Of a stretch of DNA of 64,000 nucleotides, positions 12,811-25,700 are shown in pieces. Numbering within the stretch: position 1 is the stretch's first letter; each line of letters begins with the position of its first letter. The stretch lies in the NCBI RefSeq assembly GCF_018977255.1, contig NW_024704742.1, positions 100,442,001-100,506,000 of the forward strand, in the 5' to 3' direction. The notes beneath the pieces were generated by a model. It made no database searches and was not told the DNA's origin. It was given only the letters and a program-made list of their open reading frames with translations. Origin of the DNA: Callorhinchus milii (Eukaryota). Position numbers and translations under genes: made by a program.

Positions 12811-14477
12811 AATCTGCAGCAGTTTTAACACGTAGTTGGGGTAAGGACAATGTTCCAATCTCTAGGGGTCTGTCTGACAGTCGATTTTGGGATGAGAGCA
12901 AACTCAAAAGTGAAACGATTTCCATGAGGAAAGTGGACACCTGCAGAATCAGCATGTTAGTCGTTCAAGAAGATCTGGGGGACATTCAAAGTTGTGCCAC
13001 GGGTCCAGCACATGTGTGTGAGCCCTGGCACTAATGAAGCCATTAATGGTCAAGTATTTCCACATTTTGAGGGAAAGTCTTGAGTTATGATTAAGTGTCA
13101 ATTATTCTTTCCACTGCCTCCAATAAAAAGGGCACCACATCCATTATTATAATTTCATTGTTTAGTTGTTTAGACATTTTGATCAGATGATTGTGTCAAA
13201 GGAGATTATTCACTCTGTTTTTTTCTGGACAAAGTCGTGCGGATGCTTTGTCAAAGCTCTTACAGATCTTCAGATGGCTACTTTTGGAAGTTGGCAGTTT
13301 GAACATAGACTGAACATGTATTCCCTCTCTGCTACTCCCCTGGAGTGTCAAGCAAATTGTGAGCTGGGATCCTGTAGATATCATACATATTATAACTTGT
13401 ACAGTGAGACAGTGTTATCAATAGTAATTTGCTTCCGAGATGGTCTTCCCTACATTGTAAAGGCTTCTCAAGACAGTGACTCAGTGGGAGTAAAGTGTCT
13501 CCTCTGGGCTCAGTTGAAAATAAATCTCTGATAAGAGGAGTTGTTTCTAGCTGCACAGACACTGTTACACAGACTGATATTTAAGTACATAAAAGAATGT
13601 TACAGATTTCCAATCCTACTGCTGATGATAGAGGCGAGCTGATACCCGCAAGGTGATCATTTTCACAGAGCAAGAAGCCGGAAGGCGTTTTGAAGCAGAA
13701 GAACACAATTTGAAGCAAAGCCGACTGACTTTCTGTGTTCTGGATTTTTTGGTAAGTAAATGTTGTAGTTCCCACCTCAACTGCATGTGTTACAAGCAAA
13801 CCTGTTTCAGAACAAAATGCATTGTAATAGAGGTTATACCGCAGTCACTATTTTATTAAAAATCAATGTACAATAGTGTAATCCAGCGTTAAGATGATGG
13901 TGTGGAAAACTGGAAGAATAAAGCTCATAATATAGACATGTGCCAGGTTTGAAAAGAACATGTAGAACTTGACTTCCACAAAAGTGATTATAGGGTTCAA
14001 TTGACTGAATAATGCAGAAAAGAACACACAAGTGTACAAGTTAGACCACAGTTCCAATTTCAAACCTCTGCTTGTGTGAACCACTCAGATCCTCTGCTCA
14101 GCTTCAGTCACTGACTCTCAGTTATTTAAGCGCTCATTTAACCAAATCAATCATTTGACTCCATAATGCTTCTGGAAATTGGAATGGAATTGTATTTACC
14201 CAGGATACCCAGGGGAAAATCGGGGGGGAAGAAGTTGAATTTTGCCTTCCATGAAGTGAAGGGTCTCAATGATGGGGAATGCAAAACGTTTCTACATTTT
14301 AAACCCATTACATTATCAAGCACTCAGGTGTAGCATAACCCACTATGCAGAGTAAAGGTCCTTAGAGTCATAGAATCATAGAAATTTGCAGTGCAGAAGG
14401 AGACCATTTGGCCCATTGAGTCTGCACCAGCTCTCAGAGCAAGGTGTTCATTCAATCCCACTGCCCTGCCTTATCTC

Positions 14478-14780
14478 GTGGAGTCCTGTAGCTCAGTGGT
14501 TAGAGCACTTGCTTTACAAGTGAGAGACCTGAGTTCAATTCCAGGCAGGGCGAAACCTTGGGCAAGTTTCCTTACTCCACACGCCTAATAATAATCCCTC
14601 CAAAACAAAACAATAACAAATTGGTCATTTTCAATCTACGACTGTTTGAGGGACAATTGGCTGCCGCGTTCGCCCACAAATATACAGTCAGTTCACTTTA
14701 CAGTGTGTTCTGTGAAGCGCTTTGGGACGTCCTCCCGACGTGAAAAGCGCTATATCATATGCAAGGATTATTATTATTAT
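14478..14780 (+). mobile_element. Young tRNA-headed SINE with a small internal deletion, nested in a CR1-like tail
   Basis: Same family; core reads ggacaattggctg, lacking ttgctgtgcgca. Confidence 0.9.
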
Positions 14781-15458
14781 TGTTATTATACCTAAAGCTC
14801 TACAGGCTCTACTTTTCACATACCTGTCTACTTCCCTATTGAAATCCTTTCACTCTACCTCTGTTATCTATCTCAAGCATATCGTCAAAAGTGACAATAC
14901 ACTCTGTTGATTTCTGTTTCCCTCATCACCCACTCACCCACCCTTTTTACATTTTTTAAATTTTTTGTGGGGGTTAGCCGGGTGTCTGACACACGCCGAA
15001 ACCCATCACCATGGAAATTGCAGAGATAGATTATTGGAATGGAATACCTTTTCAAATATATATTTAAATATATAAATAATATACTTACATTGTCTAGTGT
15101 TAAAAAGCCAGGATGGAGAATGGATTGACAGATTTGGTCCATGGCACAAATTGGATTTTCTGGCTTCAAATATACCCCAGATGTAGGGAAATTCCCAAAT
15201 CAGTCTAGTTTACAAGATTTGCAGACAAACTTAACAAACTACAATTGTTGGCAGCAAGAATCATTCACATGGAATTAGAATTGGATTCCAAAATTGATTT
15301 CTCTCTTTACTGGTAAGATGTATTGTCGCCAAAAGAAACACTATTGGCTAGTAACATTTGGTAACATAATACAGCTTAGCAGCAATAAAGACAATAGTTA
15401 AAGACAATTATTATGCAATAGTACATATTTTACCTCTACACTCACAGATTTGAGATAT

Positions 15459-15810
15459 CAGCCTGGCTCAGTTGGTAGCACTCTCACCTCTGAGGCAAAA
15501 GGTGGTGAGTCCAAGCCACACGTCGGGACTTTAGAACTCATCGTCTAACTTATACAAATACTGGGGGAGGGCTGCTATATTGTTGGAGTGCCGTTCTTTG
15601 TATGAGACACTAAACTGAGGAACCGTCTACCTGTTCCTGTGGATCTTTACTTGAAAAGAAAAGGGAGTTTCTCCAACGTCCTGACCAACAATCCCCCAAA
15701 TACAAAAAGTTATTCATTTCAAGGCTGTTTTTGGAACATTACTGTTCAACATTACTGTGTGCAAATTGGCTGCTGCCTTCGCAATTACACAGTTACTAGA
15801 CTTTACAGTA
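15459..15810 (+). mobile_element. Ancient SacSINE1-like DeuSINE
   Basis: Head ggctcagttggtagcactctcacctctgagg, body gctgctatattgttggagtgccgttctttgtatgagacactaaactgagg and core gtgtgcaaattggctgctgcc resemble shark SacSINE1/AmnSINE1-type elements (from memory). Confidence 0.7.
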
Positions 15811-15964
15811 AATTCTAAAATAAACTTCAGATGAAAATTAAAAACAAGTATCTGTTATGTAAATTAAATTTAATATTACTGTTCTGCTCCGGAAATGATC
15901 TACTTTAATTATTGTAATAATTTCACTTTCAAAGCATGTGATTTCAAAGCTTGGAAATCTGTCT

Positions 15965-16300
15965 CACAACAACAATAATTTATAATGATATAGTGCCTTC
16001 ATGTCTCACAGCTCTTTACAAAGACAGGGCGGGACCGTAGGCTGGGAGGCCAAGAGAAAGGGTAGATAAGAGGAAGTGACTTCTGGAGGATGGAAGCCAA
16101 GTGGCTGAAAGGCCACAGGACGATTGTGGAGCAGAGCAGGCCCCACAAAGCAGGCCATGAAGCAAGCTGGAGTTAGTGGAGTGGAGAGAGTAACCTGTGG
16201 TGTAGGGTTGCAGGAGGTCAAGGAGATGGGGATGGGATAAAGCCATGAGTGTATTTAAAGGTAAGGACCGGGGAGGTCGATACAGTCAGCACCTGAGGTG
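15965..16300 (-). mobile_element. Decayed L2 LINE 3' fragment
   Basis: Purine-rich plus-strand sequence resembling the other L2 copies (ggctgaaaggcc, ccatga...aaggtaaggacc, cagcacctgaggtgagga). Confidence 0.55.
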
Positions 16301-17462
16301 AGGAAGTTAGGATGGGAGCTGAGTAGCCTTGCCTTGGTCTTGTCATTACCGAGTTGAAACCATAATTTCCCTGGAAGTGCCAGCGGTTTAAAGGTAAAGG
16401 CTTTGATTAAACATTAGGTGATGATAACAGCAGTTTGTCAGTGCAATGGCGTCATCTTATCAGCTGCCTTTTGTGTAATTTTCCCTGTGCGTCCTCTATG
16501 CTGCATTTCATTAGTGATTGCTCATGACAGATATGCCAGTTACCACTCGTATTCTACCTGTGTTACATTTTATCATATTGAATTTATGCTAATCATGCAA
16601 TGTAAATCAGGTTTCAGACACACTATTTGATTCCAATCCCCTTTTCTCAAACCTCCTTCCAAGATGATGTTAGATTTGAATTGATGTTAAGGGCTACAGT
16701 CTAATTGGGTTAAACTCCAGCTGATTCCACTGAAATTTTTTCTCTTTTTTAAAACAAAACAACCTTTAAAAGTTCTTGGGTGGTCCATTTGAAGCTTTTT
16801 TGTTATCAAAAGAACTGTCATACTTCACAGTACTTGAAACCTTTAATGTTTTAGCCAGTGTTTGGCACTACCTGTGCACAATTGGCTGCCGCGTTTTGCC
16901 CACAAATTATACAGTCAATTCACTTTACCGAATAGTCTGTGAATCACTTTGAGACATCGCTATGATATGATAAGGCACTATTTCAAATGCAAGGATTATT
17001 ATTTATTATTATAGAAAGTGCGATTTGCATATTATTTTAGGTGTGACTGCTCTCTCTTTCTCACTCTCTCTCTTCCAACCCTCTCCCCCCAAAAAAATGT
17101 GCACCCACAGAGTAGGATATGTAAATCAGTTTTTCAGTCTGAATTGCTATGGAGCTGGAAGCAATGTTGCACCATTTCCAGCTGTGTAGAAGGGGCATCA
17201 GTCAATTGCGAGACAGTAATCCAATTGAAAATTTTGACATCTTAAACCACAAGAGTAAAACTCAACAGGTTTATGTATGTCATTGCAAATCTGAGGATGG
17301 ATTGCAACAGAACACCCGATATCAGCACTCTTGGGGATCGACCCTTTCGTGGTTGTGAAAACAATGTGCTTATCAGGTCATCTCCTGAAGTACTGTGTGC
17401 TGTAATGCATGTATCCTCTCTGCAGTGTGTTAGAAATTCATCAATGGACTTCAATATGAGGA

Positions 17463-17636
17463 GCCCTGCCCTCTCCTTCCCCATCTTCAGGTCGCGCCTG
17501 AAGACCTTCCTCTTCGACTGTGTCTACGGTCACCTCCCCCTCCCCCCAAGCTTGGTGTCATGATCCGCCACTGCCAAGCGGCCTGGTACACTACCCTGCA
17601 AGAAGGGCGCTATATAAATGCAAGTTGTTGTTGTTG
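17463..17636 (+). mobile_element. L2 LINE 3' end
   Basis: FRSRLKTFLFD remnant, then gcgctatataaatgcaagttgttgttgttg tail. Confidence 0.7.
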
Positions 17637-18020
17637 TAACATAATATAGATTCTCGAATGGTTCCGAAATGGAAATTTACCAAATGTCCATTTAAAATTG
17701 ACATTCTTAATTACAAGGTTTGCCAATGTTGTGGTAACTTTGCTTCAAGAGTTAGAATTGTAGGTGATGTATAGAAAATAAGTAATGTATAACACAAACA
17801 TATCGTAATCAGGAGAAATTAAATTTACTTTGGCTCTAAGGTAATAATAATCCTTGCATTTGATACAACGCCTAATCATATCATAGAGATGGCTCAAATC
17901 GCTTCACAGAATACACTGTATCATCCAATTTCGCACAGCAGTGTCCCACAAACATTCGTGGATTGTGTGACTTTTTTTTTGAAGGATTATTACCCTCTGA
18001 AAGCGAAATACAGGCAAAAC

Positions 18021-18046
18021 CACACACACACACACACACACACACA
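18021..18046. repeat. (CA)n microsatellite
   Basis: Direct reading. Confidence 0.9.
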
Positions 18047-19387
18047 ATGAGATGTCAACGCAGCCATTCCTCTGCCCGCCACCCCCTGACCTCTTGCCAA
18101 GCAGAGGTAAACATTTTGCATATACAGTTGTATAAATAGTTTGTGCCACATTACTGGTTCAAATAACTGACACTGGCCAACAAAAACAGTCACTACACTT
18201 GCCAGTAGTTCTGAGATAGTTCAATGCAATAATGTGCTACGTGGTATATAAATATAAGTTCTTTCTTTTCATACCTTAATGGAACACTTATTTTGAAAAG
18301 TTATACTATACTGTAATACTACACACTTATGCAGTAACTTTAGTGTAAAACAAAATCGTTTGACTGGCTTTACAGAATTAAATAACAACAACTTGCATTC
18401 GTATAGCACCCCTCACACAGAGTAGGGTCCCAGAACACTTAAATGAATTGGATAGGAGGTGAATGTTATTAGGGGGACAACTATAGCTACATTGATTTGT
18501 ACCCAGTAACATTGTGCCAATTTAAATTTGCTAAATGGTTGTATTCCACCGCCTTAAATTCTTTTTATTATTCATTATGATTGATAAAATAGTGCTATTT
18601 GTTTTTATTTTAACATTCAGGAAGAGATCTTCTTCTAAGACCCGGGTGAAGCACATCGTTGGAGCAGTATAGAGGGAAGTGTTCTCTGCAGAGGTTCATT
18701 CCCCAGGTACTGATATTCTTCATCTCAATGAGCATAAAATTAACTCCCAAAAACAGACTATTGTATATTCCAATTACTCTTCAAGTACATCTCACCAACA
18801 TGTTAACACTCACATGTGTCTTATATAGCACATTAATACCTCGAAAATACGAACATATCTGTTTCTATTAAGTGCATTACGGTTTGTGTGATCATGGATA
18901 CAATATAAGATGTTGTTAATCTCTGCTTATTTGAATTAACTAAGAGATCATTGCATTGTAATACCCAGCATAACATGGTGACAACTGATCAAAGAGATTT
19001 ACATTCTAAATAATCAGTATCACGCAATACTTTAGCTGTAATGCATTTGTTTCAATATGGGAAGCCTTTTATAGTGAAATAACTAGCCTTAGAAACATCA
19101 TTCCCAACAGGTCTATAAATTAGCCATTAGTCTCTGCAGTGGTAGATAAATCACGTCTTTCTCTCAGTTTTACGTGATAGAAGCCTAAGCCAACAAAAAC
19201 AGGAGCTGGGAGTTTCCTATAAATTGCATCTTTATTGCAGTAATACTCTTTGAAAAGTATGGTATTGTATTTCTTGCAATAACAAAATCCAGCATATTTC
19301 AACGTGTTCCTAATCCTTTGAAGATTATCATACCTTTTGAACTACTTTTTAAAGAAAGATAACAAATGCGCTATTAACATTCGTTCA

Positions 19388-19652
19388 TTTGAGAGACCTG
19401 GGTTCAATTCCCAGCAGGGCAAAACCTTGGACACTCCACACGCCTGATAATAAACCCTCAAGAAAAAAAACAACAATAAATTGGTCACTTCAATCCACGA
19501 CTGTTTGTGGGACACTGCTGTGTGCAATTGGCTGCCACATTTCACCCACAAACATACAGTCACTTCACTTTACAGTGTATTCTGTGAAGCGCTTTGAGAC
19601 GTCTCGAAGACGTGAAAAGCTCTATATCAAATGCATGGGTTATTATTATTAT
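19388..19652 (+). mobile_element. 5'-truncated, more diverged copy of the same SINE
   Basis: tgagagacctgggttcaattccc...gtgaaaagctctatatcaaatgcatgggttattattatt. Confidence 0.85.
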
Positions 19653-20097
19653 TGTTACATTACTTTCAGGATTCGATTTTTGGGGTTTCTGGTTGTGTCA
19701 TTTTGGTCTCAGGCTTTTAATAACACATACCATGAAGGACATCACTGTAATTACAATTTTACAAGCATACCAGTCAAAGCAAAGCAAGATCAAATACATC
19801 AATGCAGGTTTGTACTTGGTTTGTACACAGTATAAATATCCTGCAATGGTTGCAACATACAATCATACATTTTGAAACTCCTGCAGTTGAACACTTCTAA
19901 TTGTTTGCAAAATGGCAGCATTTATCGATAATATGTATCGATACATTAATCTGTTTATGGAAGAAATAATAAAACAGTGCTTGCATTTGAAAGCCGTCAA
20001 AAAGTCTGATTGTAACTTCAAAATCTCTCGTGTCAAATATCGTCAGGGATTTTGAACAAAATCATACATCTGAATTGAAATGTCAAACAACATCATA

Positions 20098-20335
20098 ATA
20101 TTGGAACTCCATCCCGGAGTCTCTCCGCATCACCCCTTCCCTTCCCTCCTTCAAGGTGTGTCTCAAGACCTTCCTCTTTGAATGCGCCTTCAGTCACATT
20201 TCCCTCACTCCCTACTTCCATTGGCCCCCACATACCCCAAATCCAATCCCCAACTCCTGCAAACCCTCGACTGTCCAGCACCTTGGGATGTTCTCCAACG
20301 TGAAAGGCAATATAATTGCAATTTGTTGTTGTTGT
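20098..20335 (+). mobile_element. L2 LINE 3' end
   Basis: WNSIP...LKTFLFE remnant, then cagcaccttgggatgttctccaacgtgaaaggc...ttgttgttg tail. Confidence 0.7.
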
Positions 20336-20984
20336 ACTCCCTGTAAAATATGCTACCTGGCAAACAGATATTACACATTGGGGAGTTTAACTTTGGATAT
20401 TTCTTCAGTGATTTCTTAACAAGAAATGCAATTCACACAAATAAGAGCATCAGTAACCACAAGTATATCCCACCAGCCCATAAGAGCTCTGCTCCAGAGC
20501 ATAGTTTCTGCGAGTTAACAGAAATTCTAAAGGGCCATTAAGAAATGCTGCACACTTGTGTTTCTAGCTCCCTGATGCTGTTTGTAGTGCTCTGAGGCGC
20601 TATCTTGCGTAAAGGGTGCTATATAAATTCAAGTTGTTGTTTGGTACGTTACTGAAAGGCTATTTTTTAGACATTCTATCCAATCAATGTGGTCAAAGAC
20701 TTATTTTAAAAGTTAAATGCAGTCCTAGATATTTCCAGGATTAAAAAATGGATTCCGTATATTTCAATGTAAAGAATTAAAGCAGGGCACATAATAGAAA
20801 AACTTTTGTGTGAGCACAACTGCAGGTATGCTTCAAGCATTAACATAAAGTAGGGTGGTCCAACATTTTGGCTGCTGCGGGCCGCATTCCCGATTTGAGA
20901 AAGGTCTGCATAAGCAATATTTTGTGTTTCCCTTCCAGAAACATAACAACATTTACACAGCACCTTTTTCATGTTGGAAGGACA

Positions 20985-22766
20985 TACAATACAATACAAA
21001 ATAACATTTGTAAAGCGCCTTTCACGTCGGGAGGACATGCCAACGAGCTGAACAGTCAGGGATTCGAAGCTTCTCTTCGACCGTGCTTATGTCCACCCCC
21101 ACCCAGCTCGGTCAGGTCAGGCTCCGCCACGGTTAAGCACTCTGAGATGCTACGCTGGGTTGGGGGGGGTACTATATAAGTGCAAATTGTTGTTGTTGGA
21201 TTAGGACCCAAGTGGGGGAGTGGAGGGGGTTTGTTGGGATAAGGGAGGGTAGGGGGCACAGAGGGTAGGATGGTGGCAGAAGGCACGGTCAAAGAGGAGG
21301 GTCTTAAGGCATGCCTTGAAGGAAGCAAGGAGGGAGTGAGGCGAAGGGAATGTGGGATGAAGTTCCAGAGGGTGGGGTCAGAGAGGCTGAAGGCCTGCCT
21401 GCCGATGGTGGGGTGGACTGGGAGGGCGAAATGGAACAGACTGAGTGGAGGGAGCTGACAGGTTGATATGGGGGTGAGCAGGTCGTAAAAGTAGAAGGGG
21501 GCAAGACCATGGAGGGCCTTGAAGGTGAGGATGAGAATTTTGAATTCGATCCTCTGAGGGATGGGGAGCCAGTGGAATTGGGCGAGGGTGGATGTGATGG
21601 GGTCACGGAGCCTGGTGCAGAAGAGGACACAAGTTGCAGAGTTCCGAATGATCTGCAGCTTGTGGAGGGAAGAGTTGGGAAGGCCGACAAACAGGACATT
21701 GGCATAATCAAGCCTAGATGTAATGAAGGCATGTATGACAGTTTAGGTGGCCTGAGGGGTGAGGCAGTGGCGAAGTCAGGTGATATTGCGGAGGTAGGGG
21801 AAGGCAGTGCGGGTCATGGCATGGATGTTGGGGAGAAAGGACAGTTGTGGGTCGAATAACATGCCTAGGTTCCTGACTGACTTGCTGAGGTGGAGTGTGC
21901 ATCCTTGGATGCTGATGCTGCCGGTGCCTGAGGTGAGGAGGCGCTGACGGGAGCCAATCAGGAGAGCCTCGGGCTTGTTGACGTTCAACTGTAGAAAGTT
22001 GGCTCTCATCCGCGATTTGCTGTCTGACAGACATTCTGTCAGGACATCACTGGTCCTGAGTCGAGGGTGGAGGCAGAGAAATAGAGTTGGGTGTCATCCG
22101 TGTACATGTGGAAGTTGACCCAATGTCTGCAGATGATGTGACCAAGAGGGAGCATGTACAGGTTGAGAGGAGAGGACCGAGGATAGAGCCCTGAGGAACA
22201 CCACACAAGACGGTGTAGGGGCTGGAGGTGAAGCCATTTGTGGAGACAAAGTGGAGCCGATGTGAGAGATAGGATCTGAACTATTCAAAGACAGAATCTT
22301 GAAGGTTGAGGTGAAAGGAAGGCGGTGGAGGAGGATAGAGTGGTCCACAGTGTGAAAGGCAGCAGAGAGGTCGAGAAGGACGAGGAGACAGAGGGAGCCC
22401 TGATCATAGATGGACAGAATGTCATTTGTCACCATGACCAGGGCTGTTTTTGTGCTGTGGGCAGCATGGAAACCCAATTGGAGAGGTTCGTAAAGGAAGT
22501 GGCAGGAGAGGAAGGAGTGAAGCTGGTAAGCAACAACTCTTTCAAGGGACTTGAAAAGGAAAGGTAGTTTGGATGGTAGTTTGAGCAGGGATGGGTCAAG
22601 GGAAAGTTTTTTTTTAGGATAGGGATGCTGTTTTTAGGGGAGTGGGAATGATGCCAGTTGACAGGGAGAGGTTGATGAGGTCCGAGAGTAAATTGACGAG
22701 GAGGTGGAGCTGGGAGGTAAGGAGAAGAGAAGGGATGGGGTCAAGTGAGCAGGTGGTGGGCTTCAT
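20985..22766 (-). mobile_element. L2-clade LINE fragment with a decayed reverse transcriptase
   Basis: Frameshifted RT motifs [62 protein letters not shown]; colinear with the copy at 174-1178; tail at 20985-21060; interrupted at about 21065-21197. Confidence 0.9.
21065..21197 (+). mobile_element. Short L2-like 3' end inserted in the opposite orientation within the above LINE
   Basis: ctcttcgaccgtgc...aagcactctgagatgctac...ctatataagtgcaaattgttgttgttg tail, flanked by GGATT on both sides. Confidence 0.65.
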
Positions 22767-25700
22767 TCACACCTCAAAGCGCTGATGTAAAGCAATAACT
22801 CCCAATGCCATTTAAATCTGTGAATCAAACTAATCACATACAATACAAAATTATATTTGTATATCATCTTTCACATCAGAAGGACGTCCCAATGTGCTGA
22901 GCAATCCATATTCACATGACGGCTTTATCAATGGGCTGGGTGGATGCTTTTTTACTTATCCTTGTGCTTAATATGCCAACGCTGACTATGTTTCAGTTAA
23001 TATTTGTTAATCCAGGATCCAGCAACTCTGGTTTGCTAATTGATGTGAAAATGTAGATTTATGTAAACAGGAGCAGAATCTCTGCAGACCATGCCAATGG
23101 ACAAATTGGTGAGGTGTTTGGTTCTCCTTTCATTAGAGAAAAAGGATGGGAAAAGTAATTTACCTCAGCTTCCACCCCACCTCCTCCCCCATCTCAGGCT
23201 GGCAATCAGCTGTGTGAAGTACTTTGAGATATCCTCCCAATATGAAAATTGCTATATAAATGTAAACCGTTGTTGAAAGACAATTAAAGTGAAATTCTTA
23301 AATAATAATAATCCTTCTGTTGAATTGTATCAAAGCATAATTACACCTGGTAATTACTGCCAAGTGTACTGACTGTGTATTGTAGGAAAACTCAACAGTT
23401 ATTTGGGATCTTTAACATGCAACTGATACATAGACAGATGGGACCTTGGTTTATTGTCCCCCCCAAAGGAAAGGATCTTCTACAATGCCAGGGGCATTCA
23501 TGTAATAAATATAGAATATACTGCTAAATTGACTCCGATTGTCCATTTATTACTGTATTTGGTATATTGTAGCTAACATTTTTTCATTGGTATACTTTCT
23601 GGCAAATTTAGATTTCCCTAAAATTCACAGGTTCTATACCTGTTATCCTACTTTACCAAAGTGTTTCTCCTTTACCTCGATGCTTCCCTTTAAGAGTAGA
23701 GTGGTCCTACCCGGACAAGGAATAGAAAGCTTGCCAGTGTTTACAATGGCAAGCTGTGTGTTTTTGGCAGTATCCCAATGCAGTCTGGGGACCCAAGCCT
23801 TGGGTTTTGCAAACCTGTGCCTAACCTCTCCAGGGAGAGAGAGTGTACACACCAAACCAAACAAAAATAATTTTTCATGCATTGTAGTTTGGCGTGTAAA
23901 CTCTTAAGCACAGTGATGACTTTCTGAGTGGGTAAGGCACCCATCTGACCCCCCAAAAAGCTTCTCTTTAAATCATGTAGTTTTGTCTGGTGGTACAGAC
24001 TACTTGCGTCAACGCAGGGTCAATGTCGGGACCTCCCTCTCATAAGGGAGCACGGTCACACTCACAAAAATGTCTATGAGTGACAGAGACTTCTCCAGAC
24101 AATTGTTTTTTCCTAATTTGCTATGAAGCTATTTTATGTTGAATTCCACAGTCTGCAACTGTAAATTTTGAGTTTTTTTTATTATCTACAATGCGTGGTG
24201 AGTTGCTGCTGAACTGTTGAGCAATCAGTATCATAGGTCTGTTGTTATTATCTGCGACGGAGAATTCAGAACAGGAAAAGGCTATTGAACCCATCAAGCT
24301 AACTCCACTACAGACCAATCACTAGTCCATATCCTGCGGTCTCCCTACTCCCACCTTCTCTCATCTACTGTATTCTTATCGTATGCTTTAATATTTTTAC
24401 TCAGCAAATATCTCTCCATCTCTCACTCAGAACCTTCAACTGTTTTCTCATGCATGCCTTTCTGAGCTAATCATTCTTTATTCTTATTGCAAAATTGCTT
24501 ATTTTTATAAGAAATTCTTTTCATTCATGCAACAAACTTTTCTCATGAACAGGGTTTAAAACGCCGCAAAAAAAAAAATTACATGTATATAGAGTCTTTC
24601 ATGTCGGAAAGATGTCCCAAGGTACTCAACAGTTACTTGGGACATCCTTCTGACCCAAGCCAGGGGTTGGAATCAACAAATTAAAATAACCAGCCTTGGC
24701 ACACATTTTCTATTTGGTTGACCCTAACATTTCGCTCATCAACATTTAATTCAACCCCAGAACCACTTCACTTTTGCTAAAGTCATTAAGAGAACATTTG
24801 GCTGACTCTGCAGGTTAAAGTTCTTTAGTATTACTGAAACTGGCTGAAGTGAGCTGAAATTTGCAATGTTTCATAACACGTTCTTTATGATAATAATGAC
24901 AATGAACGTGTAATGAAATCCCACAGATTTCCCTCCCATTGTAAACCTCAAAAAAATGTGATCACTTAATCCATGACTGTTTGTGGGACACTGCTGTGCA
25001 CAATTGGCTGTCACGTTTCGCCCACAAATATAGTCAATGCACTTTACAGTATATTCTGTGAAATATTTTTATGGAACTGTCTCAATGATGTGATAAGGCA
25101 CTATTTCAAATGAAAAGATTATTATTATATTATAAAGCTAGTTGGATTTTAGTAAGTTCAGCTTTCAGAACCGAGTAAATTGTCTGGTAAGTAATGTCTG
25201 TGAGGAGCTATGCTATGCATCCATGTCAGTGCCAGAGTTCAGTGGGGAAGATACTTAATAGGGTTTCTGATTGATGAGTCACTGTCTGCCTATACCATAT
25301 TAGGTGGCATTTCAATCAAAGTCTTTCAAGAATGGTTTGCAATCTCAAGGCAAATGATCAGAGTTTGTGCTACCGAGGACACACTGATGGAGGAGGAGAT
25401 GCTAAAGATGGTCCTGTTGCCTACATTTCACATCTATATATCCCACCCTATAGAATACATCTATAGAAGCATTTTCACTGGATAGAGAATAACAGATAAA
25501 CCTGTTGTGATTACAGGGGAGTAATCTCTTCAAAAGGTTCAAGTGACACAAAGGTCTAAGATTTGCTGTTCTTTTCATTTTGTGCTTAGAATACCTAGAG
25601 TACCTTCACAATATGGCCAACAAATCCCCCGGATAAAATTGGTCACTCACTCCATGGCTGTTTGTGGGACTGTGTGCAAACTGACTGCCACATCTTGCCC

